A stretch of DNA of 64,000 bases from Candidatus Cloacimonadales bacterium (GTDB lineage Bacteria; Cloacimonadota; Cloacimonadia; Cloacimonadales; JAFGVF01): positions 608,001 through 672,000 of the forward strand of contig CAXXJV010000001.1 of the NCBI GenBank assembly GCA_963663475.2. The letters run 5' to 3'. Position 1 is the first letter of the stretch. Every line of letters starts with the position of its first letter. Of the stretch, positions 30,529-40,769 are shown in pieces. Made by a program: the position numbers and the translations under genes. A model generated the notes under the pieces. The model made no database searches, was not told the origin of the DNA, and saw nothing but the letters and a program-made list of their open reading frames with translations.

Positions 30529-31962
30529 ATGGAGTTAAAGAAAATTCAAGCTATGATTGATGCTAAAGAAATCAAAGCTGTTGATTTGAAATATGCTGGT
30601 TTAGATGGAAGATGGTATCATATATCATTTCCAGCAGCTAGATTAGAGAGTGTTATTGAGCTAGGAGTTCCTTTTGATGGTTCAAGTATACCAGGCATGA
30701 AAGCAGTTGAATCAGGTGATATGGTTTTAATGCCAGACTTATCTTCTGCTCATATAGACCCAATTTCAGACTATGAATTTGAGGGAAAAGTATTAAGAAT
30801 TCTATGTTCAATCTGTGATGCAGAGACAAGAGTTGGTGTTAAAAAAGATCCCCGCTCAGTTGCTCTTAGAGCTCAGAAATATCTTGAATCAACTGGCATA
30901 GCTGATACTTCTTATTGGATTCCTGAATTTGAATTCCATATTTTTGATGATATAAAATATTCTAATAGTAACTTCAATGTATCTTGCCAAATCTCTTCCT
31001 CTGAAGACAAGCAGTGTTTCCCTCAAGACTGTCAAGATTATAACGGTCTTGCTCAATCTCACACAAAAGGCTACCATATGGATAATCCTCATGATAGATT
31101 CTATGGTTTACGTTTACAGATGTGTGAAATCATTGAAAGCTTAAACATAGATGTTAGATATAATCATCATGAAGTAGGCCTTTCTTCTCAACAAGAGATT
31201 GAGACAGAACTCTTAGCCTTCCCTAAAGCATGTGATGATACTAAGGTAATTAAAGATATTATCAGAAGAGTATCTCTTGAGAATGGTTTTACTGCTACCT
31301 TTATGCCAAAACCTATCTATAATGAAGCTGGCAATGGTATGCACTTCCATATGATGTTAAAAAAGAATGGCAAAAATATCTTCTGGAAAAAAGGTGGCTA
31401 TGCTGACCTTTCTGATGAAGCTATCTGGTTCATGAGAGGTATTTTGCTTCATGGCCGTTCTTTAGCTGCCTTTACTAATCCATCTACTAACTCTTATAAG
31501 AGATTATTACCTGGTTTTGAAGCTCCAACAAAACTCTTCTTTGGTTTAGCAAATAGATCAGCTGCTATTAGAATTCCTAAGTATGCAACTACTGAAGAAA
31601 CTAAAAGATTTGAATACCGTACAGGTGATGCTACCTGTAATCCTTACTTAGCAATGTCTGCTCTCCTACTTGCTGGTTTAGACGGTATAAATAGAAAGCT
31701 AGATGGTCAAGGACATAACTTCGGACCTCATGATGATAATGTCTTTAATTGGTCTGATGAAAGAAAAGCTACTATTGAATCTATTCCTGAAAACTTAGCA
31801 GGTGCTTTAGATGCTTTAGAAGCTGACCATGATTACCTCCTTGCTGGTGATGTCTTTAATAAGGAACTTATCGAGTCATTTATTGCCCTAAAACGTAAAG
31901 AAATTACTGAAGTTAATAACAGACCTCATCCAATGGAAATGGCCTTATATTATAATGTTTAA
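30529..31962 (+). CDS. glnA: Type I glutamine synthetase (start moved to ATG 30529)
   Basis: FDGSSI, HHEVG, TFMPKP, GNGMHFH, NSYKRL.PGFEAP, NRSAAIRIP, NPYLA. Confidence 0.95.
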   Translation: MELKKIQAMIDAKEIKAVDLKYAGLDGRWYHISFPAARLESVIELGVPFDGSSIPGMKAVESGDMVLMPDLSSAHIDPISDYEFEGKVLRILCSICDAETRVGVKKDPRSVALRAQKYLESTGIADTSYWIPEFEFHIFDDIKYSNSNFNVSCQISSSEDKQCFPQDCQDYNGLAQSHTKGYHMDNPHDRFYGLRLQMCEIIESLNIDVRYNHHEVGLSSQQEIETELLAFPKACDDTKVIKDIIRRVSLENGFTATFMPKPIYNEAGNGMHFHMMLKKNGKNIFWKKGGYADLSDEAIWFMRGILLHGRSLAAFTNPSTNSYKRLLPGFEAPTKLFFGLANRSAAIRIPKYATTEETKRFEYRTGDATCNPYLAMSALLLAGLDGINRKLDGQGHNFGPHDDNVFNWSDERKATIESIPENLAGALDALEADHDYLLAGDVFNKELIESFIALKRKEITEVNNRPHPMEMALYYNV

Positions 31963-31982
31963 ATAATAAATACATAATACTT

Positions 31983-32025
31983 AACCCCAATATTCTTGTA
32001 AGCTTGAATCTTGGGGTTTTTATTT
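31983..32025 (+). terminator. Intrinsic terminator after glnA
   Basis: aaccccaatattc...gaatcttggggtt followed by a T-rich run. Confidence 0.7.
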
Positions 32026-32233
32026 TATCCAGTCGATAAACTCAATATGGGCGAATAAAATAAGCCCTACACATGATGTAATGTAGATTAAGCCTAGCTT
32101 AGCCCTCTATCATGACACTATTAGTCCTAAAGCTAATAAATAACAAATAGAGGCCCAATAGACGGTAAAGGAACTTTCTTCTTATGGCTGGGGCATCTTG
32201 CCGTCAGAATAAACAGGCTTTTGAAAGCATAAT

Positions 32234-32261
32234 TTGACAAAAATCAAATAAATAATATATT
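32234..32261 (+). promoter_or_regulatory. Sigma-70-type promoter
   Basis: TTGACA-N16-TATATT about 30 nt upstream of the ATG at 32291. Confidence 0.5.
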
Positions 32262-32290
32262 GTAATAAATAATAAAATTAGAGGATTCTT

Positions 32291-33586
32291 ATGAAGATAT
32301 TACTAGTGATAGCTATAATTTTAACAAGTTTTGCTTGTTTAAATGCAGAAGTTGAAGATGATTTTGTTGAAGCAATTACTAATGGGAGATACCAAGAAGC
32401 AGAGTCTTATTATAGCCCTGAGTTAGCCAATGCACTCCAGAAGGGTAAGTTAGAATTTGTCTGGCAGGGAATTTTAAGAAACACAGGAGATTTTGAAGTT
32501 GTGGTTGAATCTAAAAGGGAAAATAGGGAAGACTTCTATTCAGTAGTTACCACCCTCAAGTTTGAGAATGTCTATATGGATATGGTTTTAACAATAAACA
32601 AAGATAATCAGGTATCTGGTTTATTCTTCAGGCCTTCGGAATACACAGGTGATTTAGAACAAAAACCTCCTTATGTAGATGAGAGTAAAATCATAGAAGA
32701 AGATGTAGAATTTGATTGTAAGGGTTTTAAAATGTATGGTACTTTAACAGTTCCCAAGAATCAAAGAGCTTTTCCAATAGTAATAATGGCCACAGGTTCT
32801 GGTCCAAATGACAGAGATGAGAAAATTGGTGCTAACAAACCTTTTAAAAACATTGCCCAAGGCTTAGGAGCATTAGGTGTTGCTACTTTACGTTATGACA
32901 AGCGAACCTTAACCCATGGGGCTGAGATAGCTAAACTGCCTGAGTTTAATATTGATAATGAATATACCGAAGAAGTTGCTGCAGCCATAGACTATTTATC
33001 CACAAAATATACTGGCCGTAATATTTATTATTTAGGACATAGCATGGGAGCTTTTATGGCCCCTAGGGTTATGAATAAGAATTCTGAGTTGAGAGGGGCT
33101 GTCATGTTAGCTGCAAATGCAAGGCCATTAGAGGATTTAGTTTTGGAGCAAACAGAGTATATCATGGTAGAAACTGGTGATGTAAATGCCATGCGACTTG
33201 CCTTAATCGAAAAAGCAGTTGCAGAAGTAAAGAAGATTAACAATCTTGAGGTTGAGGTTGAAGAGCCTCTACTTTTAGATGTTTCTAAAGAATATTGGTT
33301 ATCCTTAAACCAGTATGATCCTTTAAAGGAAGCTAAAAACATTAAAGGCCAAGTATTAATAGTCCAAGGTCAACGAGATTATCAAGTTACAATGACAGAT
33401 TTCAATATCTGGCGAGATAAATTTGCTAATAATAAGAGCTGGCACTTTAAATCATATGAAGATTTAAATCATCTTTTCATGTCTGGCCAAGGCAAGTCAT
33501 TACCTAAAGAGTACATGAAACCTGCCTATGTGGCAGAAGAGGTAATTACAGATATAGCTAGATTTATAAATAATTTAGAAAAATAA
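32291..33586 (+). CDS. Secreted alpha/beta hydrolase with a DUF3887-like N-terminal domain
   Basis: Signal peptide, GSGPNDRDE, RYDKR, GHSMG nucleophile, QG.RDYQV, LNHLF. Confidence 0.85.
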   Translation: MKILLVIAIILTSFACLNAEVEDDFVEAITNGRYQEAESYYSPELANALQKGKLEFVWQGILRNTGDFEVVVESKRENREDFYSVVTTLKFENVYMDMVLTINKDNQVSGLFFRPSEYTGDLEQKPPYVDESKIIEEDVEFDCKGFKMYGTLTVPKNQRAFPIVIMATGSGPNDRDEKIGANKPFKNIAQGLGALGVATLRYDKRTLTHGAEIAKLPEFNIDNEYTEEVAAAIDYLSTKYTGRNIYYLGHSMGAFMAPRVMNKNSELRGAVMLAANARPLEDLVLEQTEYIMVETGDVNAMRLALIEKAVAEVKKINNLEVEVEEPLLLDVSKEYWLSLNQYDPLKEAKNIKGQVLIVQGQRDYQVTMTDFNIWRDKFANNKSWHFKSYEDLNHLFMSGQGKSLPKEYMKPAYVAEEVITDIARFINNLEK

Positions 33587-33685
33587 AAAGAATTATCAGA
33601 CCTTTTTTATTTAGCTAAAAAAAAGCTTGCTACTTTTTACCCATAAATTTTTGTGGCATAGTAGAGTAACTCAAAAGGAGATATC

Positions 33686-34087
33686 ATGACTGATAAACAA
33701 CAAATTGAAGAAACAGTAGAGGGACCATTAACTCTTACTTTAACCTTGGAAGATGGAAAAGAATTGAATTGCGAAGTTTTAGCAAGTATTGAACATAATG
33801 ATAAAGAATATATCGCAGTTCTTCCTGAAGATGAAGATGAGTTCTGGATTTATGAATATTCAGAAAACGAAGATGGTACTCTTAATATCAACAACATAGA
33901 AGATGATGAAATTTTTGATGAAGTTGGAAGAGCTTTTGAAGAAATGTTTGACGCAGAAGAAGAAGTTGATGCTATGTTAGAAAATGACGATGAAGAGCAA
34001 GAACATGAATGCAACTGCAATTGTGATGATGACGATTGTGACTGCGATGATGATGATTGCGATTGTGATTGTCAGGATAAAAAATAG
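33686..34087 (+). CDS. DUF1292-family acidic protein with a Cys/Asp-rich tail
   Basis: LTLEDGKELNCEV...KEYIAVLP...IEDDEIFDEV pattern; aaggag RBS. Confidence 0.8.
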   Translation: MTDKQQIEETVEGPLTLTLTLEDGKELNCEVLASIEHNDKEYIAVLPEDEDEFWIYEYSENEDGTLNINNIEDDEIFDEVGRAFEEMFDAEEEVDAMLENDDEEQEHECNCNCDDDDCDCDDDDCDCDCQDKK

Positions 34088-34102
34088 ATTTTAACTTTTA
34101 TT

Positions 34103-34130
34103 AAAACAGGGAGCAATCCCTGTTTTTTTT
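34103..34130 (+). terminator. Intrinsic terminator
   Basis: aaaacaggga-gcaa-tccctgtttt followed by a T run. Confidence 0.85.
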
Positions 34131-34229
34131 AATTTTTTCCCTTTGTAGCTTTTTGTAGGTATAAGTTAGTCAACACTATAAATCCATATTACCCTAACAC
34201 ACTATTATTCCAAGAATGAAGGAGACCTT

Positions 34230-35951
34230 TTGATAAAAAGATTTATAGCCTTTTATAAACCACATAAACTTTTGTTCTATATTGATATTATTGCTGCAAT
34301 TCTTGCATCTCTTCTCAGTATTATTTTTCCTACTATAACTAGAAAACTAATCCGAGAAACAATTCCTGACAAGGATATAAGACTGATAATCATCTTTTTT
34401 ACTATTCTCTTGTTCATTTTCATTGCTAAAGCAATTCTTAGCTATATTAGGGTTAAATGGGGACATATTTTAGGTGTTAGAATAGAAGCTGATATGAGGT
34501 CTAAACTTTTTAGACACTTGCAGAAACTCTCCTTTACCTACTATGATAATACCAAGACTGGCCATATCATGTCTAGAATTACCAATGATCTTAACACTAT
34601 AGCAGAAGTTGCTCACCATGCACCAGAAGATCTTATAATCTCTCTTTTTACCATTATCGGATCTTTCATCTTTATGTTTAAATTTAATACCACCTTAGCA
34701 TTTTTTGCCCTTATCCCTCTTCCTTTTATGGTAATCTGGGGATTAACTCTCGGAAGAAGAATGAAGCATGGTTTCAGAAATGTAAGAAAGAAAATAGCAG
34801 ATATGAACTCATCAGTAGAGAATTCTGTTCAGGGTATCAGAGAAGTCAAATCTTACGCCAATGAAGATGTTGAAATTGCTAAGTTCGGTGATGTAAATAT
34901 TCATTTTAAAAAAGCCAAAGAAAATATGTATGCACTTATGTCTCTTTTCCATACAGGAATGGGTTTTATAACTGATTTATATTATGGAATTGTTTTAGCA
35001 GCTGCTACTTGGTTAATTTTGAACAACAGACTTGAAGTAGCTGATTTAATAGCCTTTATTCTCTATATTAACTTTATATTAAACCCGATCAATCGCTTAA
35101 TTAACTTCGTAGAACAGTACCAACAAGGAACGACAGCCTTTGAAAGATTCACGGAGATAATGGATATTGAACCTGATATTAATGATATTGCAAATCCTGT
35201 AAAACTGAAAAATGTCTCAGGTAAGATTGAGCTAAGAAATCTTGATTTTAAGTATCATGGGAGCTCAGACATGATTCTCTCCAACATAAACCTAGATATT
35301 AAGCCTGGTCAAACTGTTGCGCTTGTAGGGGAATCTGGAGCTGGTAAATCAACCTTAGTTTCTCTAATCCCTCGTTTTTATGAACCTAGCAAGGGAGATA
35401 TCCTCATTGATGGGACAAAGGTTAAGGATTTAGAACAAAGATTTTTAAGAGATAATATTGGGATAGTTCAGCAAAATGTCTTTCTCTTTGATACATCTAT
35501 CAGAGAAAACATTCTTTATGGTAATCCCCAAGCCAGCGATCAAGAAGTCATTGAAGCAGCAAGATCAGCTAATATTCTTGATTTTATCCTTTCTCTACCT
35601 GATGGCTTTGAAACCTTAGTTGGGGAGAGGGGAGTAAAACTTTCTGGAGGCCAAAAACAAAGAGTCTCTATTGCCAGGGTCTTTTTAAAAGATCCTCCAA
35701 TCTTAATCTTTGATGAAGCTACATCTTCACTAGATACTGAATCAGAACTATATATCCAAGAAGCCTTAAATCAGCTAAGTGTGGGAAGAACAACCATTAT
35801 TATAGCTCATAGACTCTCCACCGTTGCTAATGCAGATTACACATATGTTATGCGCAAAGGTGAGATTGTTGAATCTGGACAACATCATGACCTACTAGCC
35901 CAAAAAGGTTATTACTATAATCTTTGTTCAAGAATGAATGTTTTTGATTAA
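34230..35951 (+). CDS. ABC exporter, fused permease/ATPase (MdlB/MsbA-like)
   Basis: TM domain, GESGAGKST, LSGGQKQR, FDEATSSLD, IAHRLST; TTG start with aaggag RBS. Confidence 0.92.
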   Translation: MIKRFIAFYKPHKLLFYIDIIAAILASLLSIIFPTITRKLIRETIPDKDIRLIIIFFTILLFIFIAKAILSYIRVKWGHILGVRIEADMRSKLFRHLQKLSFTYYDNTKTGHIMSRITNDLNTIAEVAHHAPEDLIISLFTIIGSFIFMFKFNTTLAFFALIPLPFMVIWGLTLGRRMKHGFRNVRKKIADMNSSVENSVQGIREVKSYANEDVEIAKFGDVNIHFKKAKENMYALMSLFHTGMGFITDLYYGIVLAAATWLILNNRLEVADLIAFILYINFILNPINRLINFVEQYQQGTTAFERFTEIMDIEPDINDIANPVKLKNVSGKIELRNLDFKYHGSSDMILSNINLDIKPGQTVALVGESGAGKSTLVSLIPRFYEPSKGDILIDGTKVKDLEQRFLRDNIGIVQQNVFLFDTSIRENILYGNPQASDQEVIEAARSANILDFILSLPDGFETLVGERGVKLSGGQKQRVSIARVFLKDPPILIFDEATSSLDTESELYIQEALNQLSVGRTTIIIAHRLSTVANADYTYVMRKGEIVESGQHHDLLAQKGYYYNLCSRMNVFD

Positions 35952-35971
35952 GTATTTTTAAGGTAAATTGT

Positions 35972-36832
35972 ATGAATAAATTAAAAGATAAAGATCAGGC
36001 TATCATCTGGATGCTTGTTTCAGCCCTAGCTTTTGCCCTAATGGGGGCTATGGTCAAACTAGCCTCTCAAGTAACAGTTGTGGAAAAAGTCTTTTTCAGA
36101 AACTTAATCACCTTCCTGCTTATGCTGATAATTATCATCAAAGAAAAAGAGAACCCTTTCCGACAAGCTGGGGCTACTAAATTTCTGATTTTCCGTTCTT
36201 TAGCTGGATTAGCAGGAGTTATTCTTTACTTCTATGCTATCTCAAATATGCCTTTAGCAGATTCTACAATGCTGAACAAACTCTCACCCTTCTTTGTTAT
36301 CCTCTTTGCTGGTATCTTCCTCAAAGAAGGCTTTAACTTGAGAAAAGTTATTGTGATCATTCTTGCCTTCTTAGGAGCACTATTGATTATAAAACCTCAG
36401 TTTGATATGACTATTTTTCCTGCTATAGCTGGTCTATTATCAGCTGTTTTTGCTGGACTAGCCTATACACTTGTTAGATTTCTCAAAGGCAAGGCATCAT
36501 CCTCAATAATAGTCTTCTATTTCTCAACTATCTCTGTTATTGCTAGCCTTCCCATGGTCGTAACTAATTTTACTCTACCTACTTATACCAACCTACTTTT
36601 ACTCATAAGTATAGGTATTTTTGCCGGTATTGGGCAAATCACCCTAACCAAGGCCTATCATTTAGCAGCAGCTTCTGAAATTTCTATCTACAACTATGCT
36701 TCCATACTTTTTGCCACTATTTTAGGCTTATTTATCGGTGATTCCTTGCCCGATACCTTGTCTATCATAGGAGGTCTTATCATTTTCTTCACAGCCTTCT
36801 ATAACTATAAATTGCTGAAGAAAAAAAGTTAA
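35972..36832 (+). CDS. EamA/DMT-family transporter
   Basis: About 10 TM helices in two EamA repeats (VFFRN...SPFF...LKE). Confidence 0.88.
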   Translation: MNKLKDKDQAIIWMLVSALAFALMGAMVKLASQVTVVEKVFFRNLITFLLMLIIIIKEKENPFRQAGATKFLIFRSLAGLAGVILYFYAISNMPLADSTMLNKLSPFFVILFAGIFLKEGFNLRKVIVIILAFLGALLIIKPQFDMTIFPAIAGLLSAVFAGLAYTLVRFLKGKASSSIIVFYFSTISVIASLPMVVTNFTLPTYTNLLLLISIGIFAGIGQITLTKAYHLAAASEISIYNYASILFATILGLFIGDSLPDTLSIIGGLIIFFTAFYNYKLLKKKS

Positions 36833-36905
36833 GATAATATTGGAATATAACTTGCATCTAACTCATTAAAATGAATTAAATTATAATTAACATAAAGAGG
36901 ATTTT

Positions 36906-39257
36906 ATGAAAAAAAGCTTACTTTTATTACTTTTAGCAACTACGAGTCTGCTCTTTAGTCAAGGAAGTCTCCCTGATTGCTACCCAACTAACCAAGAAAT
37001 AACCGACCAAATTTTGCAATATCAAGAAGACTATCCTGATATTTGTCAAGTTACTGTTGCCGGCTACTCCCAAGAAGATAATTTACCTATTTATTTAGTT
37101 AAATTATCTGAAAATGTCCAAGAATTCCAAGCTGAAAAACCTGTTATTTTATTCAGTTCACTTATCCATGCTGAAGAAGTTTTAGGCATCCCTATTACCC
37201 TTAAAACTATTGATGAAATTCTTACTCATAATAGTTCATCTCCTTACTCAAACTGGCTACAACAGTTACAAATATATTTTATTCCAACCTTAAATCCAGA
37301 AGGCTACCAAGTAGTTTCTGATGGTATCGATACTTCTTACCGTAAAAATAAACGCGATAATAATGAAAATGGCATCTTTGATTTTAACGCTGTTGTTGGC
37401 CATGATATAGATGGTGTTGATCCTAACCGTAACTTCCCGCTAAATTGGGTACACGGTGATACCTTATACTCAACATCAGGACTTGAAGTTTATGACTACT
37501 ATCGTGGTCCTGCCCCTCTTTCAGAATCTGAAGTAAACATTATTTGGGATTTTGTAGAAGAATATAAACCAGTTTATTCTATTCAATGGCACTCATCCAG
37601 AACAGGTAACTTATCGGAAAAAGTCTACTATCCTTGGAACTGGTACAATCTTAGACCATCTCCAGACCTAGATATGTCTGAGCAATTAGGTCTAGGCGTT
37701 GCTGCGAATATGCTTAAAGAAAACCAAGCTAATACTTATGAATGCTATCCAGGAACTGGCCGAAAAGGCTCCCAAGACCATTCCTTATACCAGGCTTTTG
37801 GAACCCTTCAAATCCTTGTTGAATGTGGAACCCTTAATCTTCAACCAGAAGAAGATGGTATGAACTTCGTTGCCCAACAAGGTTATAATGCTTCTGCCTG
37901 GATGCTTAATAGAGCCCTTCCTAATAGCATAGAAACAGCTTCAAACTCTATGCTAACTGGTGTGATTACGGATGCTGTCTCAGGTCAACCCCTAGAAGCT
38001 GAAATCGAAATTGCTGGCCGAAATCAAAGATACCTAGCACCAAGATTATCCTTAGCTGAAAGTGGAAGATACTTCCGCCCTCTTGTTAATGGACAATACA
38101 CTCTTATTGTAAAAAAAGAAGGCTATTATACTCACACCCAAAACATTACTGTCTATAACGTTAGAACTACTAAAAATGTTGAACTAACACCGCTACCTCT
38201 CCCTAACTCAGCTCTATCTCTTAATATTGATGGCTTCTGGGGTCCAGGAAAAGTTAAAATCGAATACCTTGATATTGCAGATCATATAGTAGAAATCGAT
38301 GATTTCACTCCTAATTCTCCCCAAGTTATCGACCTTATTTCAGGACAAGTTATGCTTACCTTCGAAAGCCCTGACCGCTACTTTACTGATGAGTTCACCA
38401 TCCCTAATGGTCCTTATGCTATCAATATCGACCTTACTAACTTCCAAGATTTATTTACTGATTACTTTGATAATTTAGATAATTGGACTGGTACTGATAA
38501 CTGGGATATCACTTCTTATACTAATTCTGAAGGATTAACTCAATCATTCATGTCTGATTCTAAACACTGGAACTTTAATTTTGAATCAGGATATGATAAT
38601 AACTTCTATGAACATAACTGTGATTATCACCTTACAACTAATCAACCAATCATTATCAATCCTGACCGTATTAATTATATAGAATTAGAACACTGGCTCT
38701 ATACTGAATGGGATTATGACTGGGCGACTGTCTATATTAGCTCTGATGGTGTAAATTGGATAGATACACCTGTTTGGACTGAATCTGGCCAGTTTGACTA
38801 CCTCCATAAAGATTGGATTAAAATACCTGATGATTTCACATCTAATCAGCTATATATCACCCTATCTCTAACTGATGACGGGGCTGAACAAAGATTAGTT
38901 GACCCAGGTTGGAATATTAACAAAATCTCTGTTAAATCTTTCTCCCCTCAAGTAACTTCGAATGAAAATGACGTGGTCCAAACTTCAAATTCTCTCTTAG
39001 GTAAAAACTACCCTAATCCATTTAATCCTCAAACTTCAATTAGCTTTAGCTTAGATAAAAATTTAAACCATAATGCTAAAATTGAAATTTATAATTTAAG
39101 GGGACAAAAAGTGAAACAAATCCCTCTCCATGAAAATGATATTAAGGCTGGAAAAGTTACTTGGAATGCTGAAGAACAAGCTTCTGGTGTTTACCTATAT
39201 CGCTTGACTTCTGATGGTATTGTGATTGATACTAAAAAAGCAACATTGCTAAAATAA
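36906..39257 (+). CDS. Secreted M14 zinc carboxypeptidase with T9SS-like C-terminal domain
   Basis: Signal peptide, IHAEE, NPEG, RKN, GVDPNRNF, QWHS; C-terminal NYPNPFNP...IYNLRGQKVK...SGVYLY. Confidence 0.88.
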   Translation: MKKSLLLLLLATTSLLFSQGSLPDCYPTNQEITDQILQYQEDYPDICQVTVAGYSQEDNLPIYLVKLSENVQEFQAEKPVILFSSLIHAEEVLGIPITLKTIDEILTHNSSSPYSNWLQQLQIYFIPTLNPEGYQVVSDGIDTSYRKNKRDNNENGIFDFNAVVGHDIDGVDPNRNFPLNWVHGDTLYSTSGLEVYDYYRGPAPLSESEVNIIWDFVEEYKPVYSIQWHSSRTGNLSEKVYYPWNWYNLRPSPDLDMSEQLGLGVAANMLKENQANTYECYPGTGRKGSQDHSLYQAFGTLQILVECGTLNLQPEEDGMNFVAQQGYNASAWMLNRALPNSIETASNSMLTGVITDAVSGQPLEAEIEIAGRNQRYLAPRLSLAESGRYFRPLVNGQYTLIVKKEGYYTHTQNITVYNVRTTKNVELTPLPLPNSALSLNIDGFWGPGKVKIEYLDIADHIVEIDDFTPNSPQVIDLISGQVMLTFESPDRYFTDEFTIPNGPYAINIDLTNFQDLFTDYFDNLDNWTGTDNWDITSYTNSEGLTQSFMSDSKHWNFNFESGYDNNFYEHNCDYHLTTNQPIIINPDRINYIELEHWLYTEWDYDWATVYISSDGVNWIDTPVWTESGQFDYLHKDWIKIPDDFTSNQLYITLSLTDDGAEQRLVDPGWNINKISVKSFSPQVTSNENDVVQTSNSLLGKNYPNPFNPQTSISFSLDKNLNHNAKIEIYNLRGQKVKQIPLHENDIKAGKVTWNAEEQASGVYLYRLTSDGIVIDTKKATLLK

Positions 39258-39297
39258 ATTTGCCTATTATATATACAGGATCTAACAAACCCTGCTA

Positions 39298-39467
39298 TTT
39301 AACCCAGATAGTGTAGTAGAGCTTTAGTGAAGAGTGCAGATTATTCTAGCAAAATAGCTTACAGAATTTTGACGCATATATTTTATATATTCGGAGAAAT
39401 TATGGAAGCTACTTTTGCAGAAGAATATAGTGCTATTCACAAAGGTCTACTGCATTATTGGGTTTAA
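39298..39467. mobile_element. MITE-like repeat family C, full-length copy, followed by a further solo end (about 39464-39503)
   Basis: Collinear with 18277-18448. Left end tttaacccagatagtgtagtagagctttagtgaagag versus right-end reverse complement ttaaacccaataatgcagtagacctttgtgaatag. Confidence 0.75.
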
Positions 39468-39511
39468 CTTAAATAATGCAGTAGATTCTTGAGAATAGTA
39501 GTATTTTATTT

Positions 39512-40482
39512 GGCTCAAGTTCAAGTCTGGTGGGTATAATATAGGAAAATGAGAATATTTCATAACTAAATTGATTTATCAAAAATCCCTGACTTGAACT
39601 TGAGCATGTTTTTTGTTGGAGACCGGAGTTCCTCAGCCGTAGGCAAGGGACTTCGGGTGAAGAGTGTCGGAAGTCATCTTCCTAACACTGGGAACGCCAG
39701 CATCCCTGCTGGCATTTTCTCTTCTGCCAGACATCCAAACTGCAAATCCTTACTTTGCTAAAGCTCTACCCGCCTTTGGGTCGCGGGATTCCAGCCCGCG
39801 TTTACTCTGGTGGCAAGTGGTTACGAATCCTAGTCTGCCCAGCAAAACTAGAGCGTCAGCATCCCTGCTGGCATTTTCTCTTCTGCTAGACTGAAAAAAG
39901 ACTTACTCACTCTCTCTTCTGAGCAAGATAATTTCTATTATATCTAATAATAAAAGACTCAAGTTCAAGTCTGGTGGGAATAATATAGGAAAATGAGAAT
40001 ATTTCATAACTATATTGATTTATCAAAAATCCCTGAAAGGGATAAAATAATTTAGCCCAGGGTAAGATGCTGAAAGTATAGCAACCCTGGGTAATGATGG
40101 CTAGCCCAAAGATATTACCCTGTAAGGGTTTAATAAAAGAATAAATAATGTATTATATAATAAATCTATGGTATATATGATGTTATTTAACCCTTTCGGG
40201 GTTCAGTACCCGGGCTTGCATTCCCTTCAGGAATTTACCCCGGGCTAAACTATTTATCCTCTTATGGGGATTTAAGACCTATCCCTGACTTGAGTCTGCT
40301 TTTTGTTGGAGACCGGAGTTCCTCAGCCGTAGGCAAGGGACTTCGGGTGAAGAGTGTCGGAAGTCGCTACTCCGTGAGCAACTCCCGTCACTCTTCATAT
40401 AATCTTACTTGTAACTTTCTATTATTCAAGCAATATACTATAATGAAAGTCTCTTATTTACCAGCAGACTTGAACAAGAGCC
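39512..40482. mobile_element. Composite MITE family B element (971 bp) with 8-bp target-site duplication
   Basis: Ends ggctcaagttcaagtctggtgg ... ccagcagacttgaacaagagcc, flanked by ttttattt on both sides (39504-39511 and 40483-40490). Second left end at 39956; 66-bp exact internal duplication 39610-39675 = 40300-40365. Confidence 0.85.
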
Positions 40483-40529
40483 TTTTATTTCACAAAAATT
40501 ACTGAGGAAAAACTACATTTTCCTCTATT

Positions 40530-40608
40530 CATCCCTAATCCTTCCTTTACAGTCTTTCGATGAAAGTCCCAGTTTCATCGAAAGACTGTAAAGGAAGGAT
40601 TAAGGATG
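40530..40608. repeat. Long palindrome family A, copy 2
   Basis: 30-bp perfect arms (40536-40565 and 40573-40602), loop gtcccag. Confidence 0.95.
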
Positions 40609-40653
40609 GAAAGGGTATTAGTGTTAAACCCAAATGGTGCAATAGATCTTTGT

Positions 40654-40767
40654 GGATGCAAGGATGCATCCACTCCATAAAAGGTCTGCAAGGATGCAGC
40701 CACTCCATAAAAGGTCTGCAAGGATGCATCCACTTCACAAAGGGCCAGCAAGGATGCTAGCGTTCCC
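40654..40767. repeat. 30-bp tandem REP-like repeats (three units plus a variant)
   Basis: tgcaaggatgca(t/g)ccactccataaaaggtc at 40657, 40687 and 40717, then gccagcaaggatgctagcgttccc. Confidence 0.9.
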
Positions 40768-40769
40768 AG

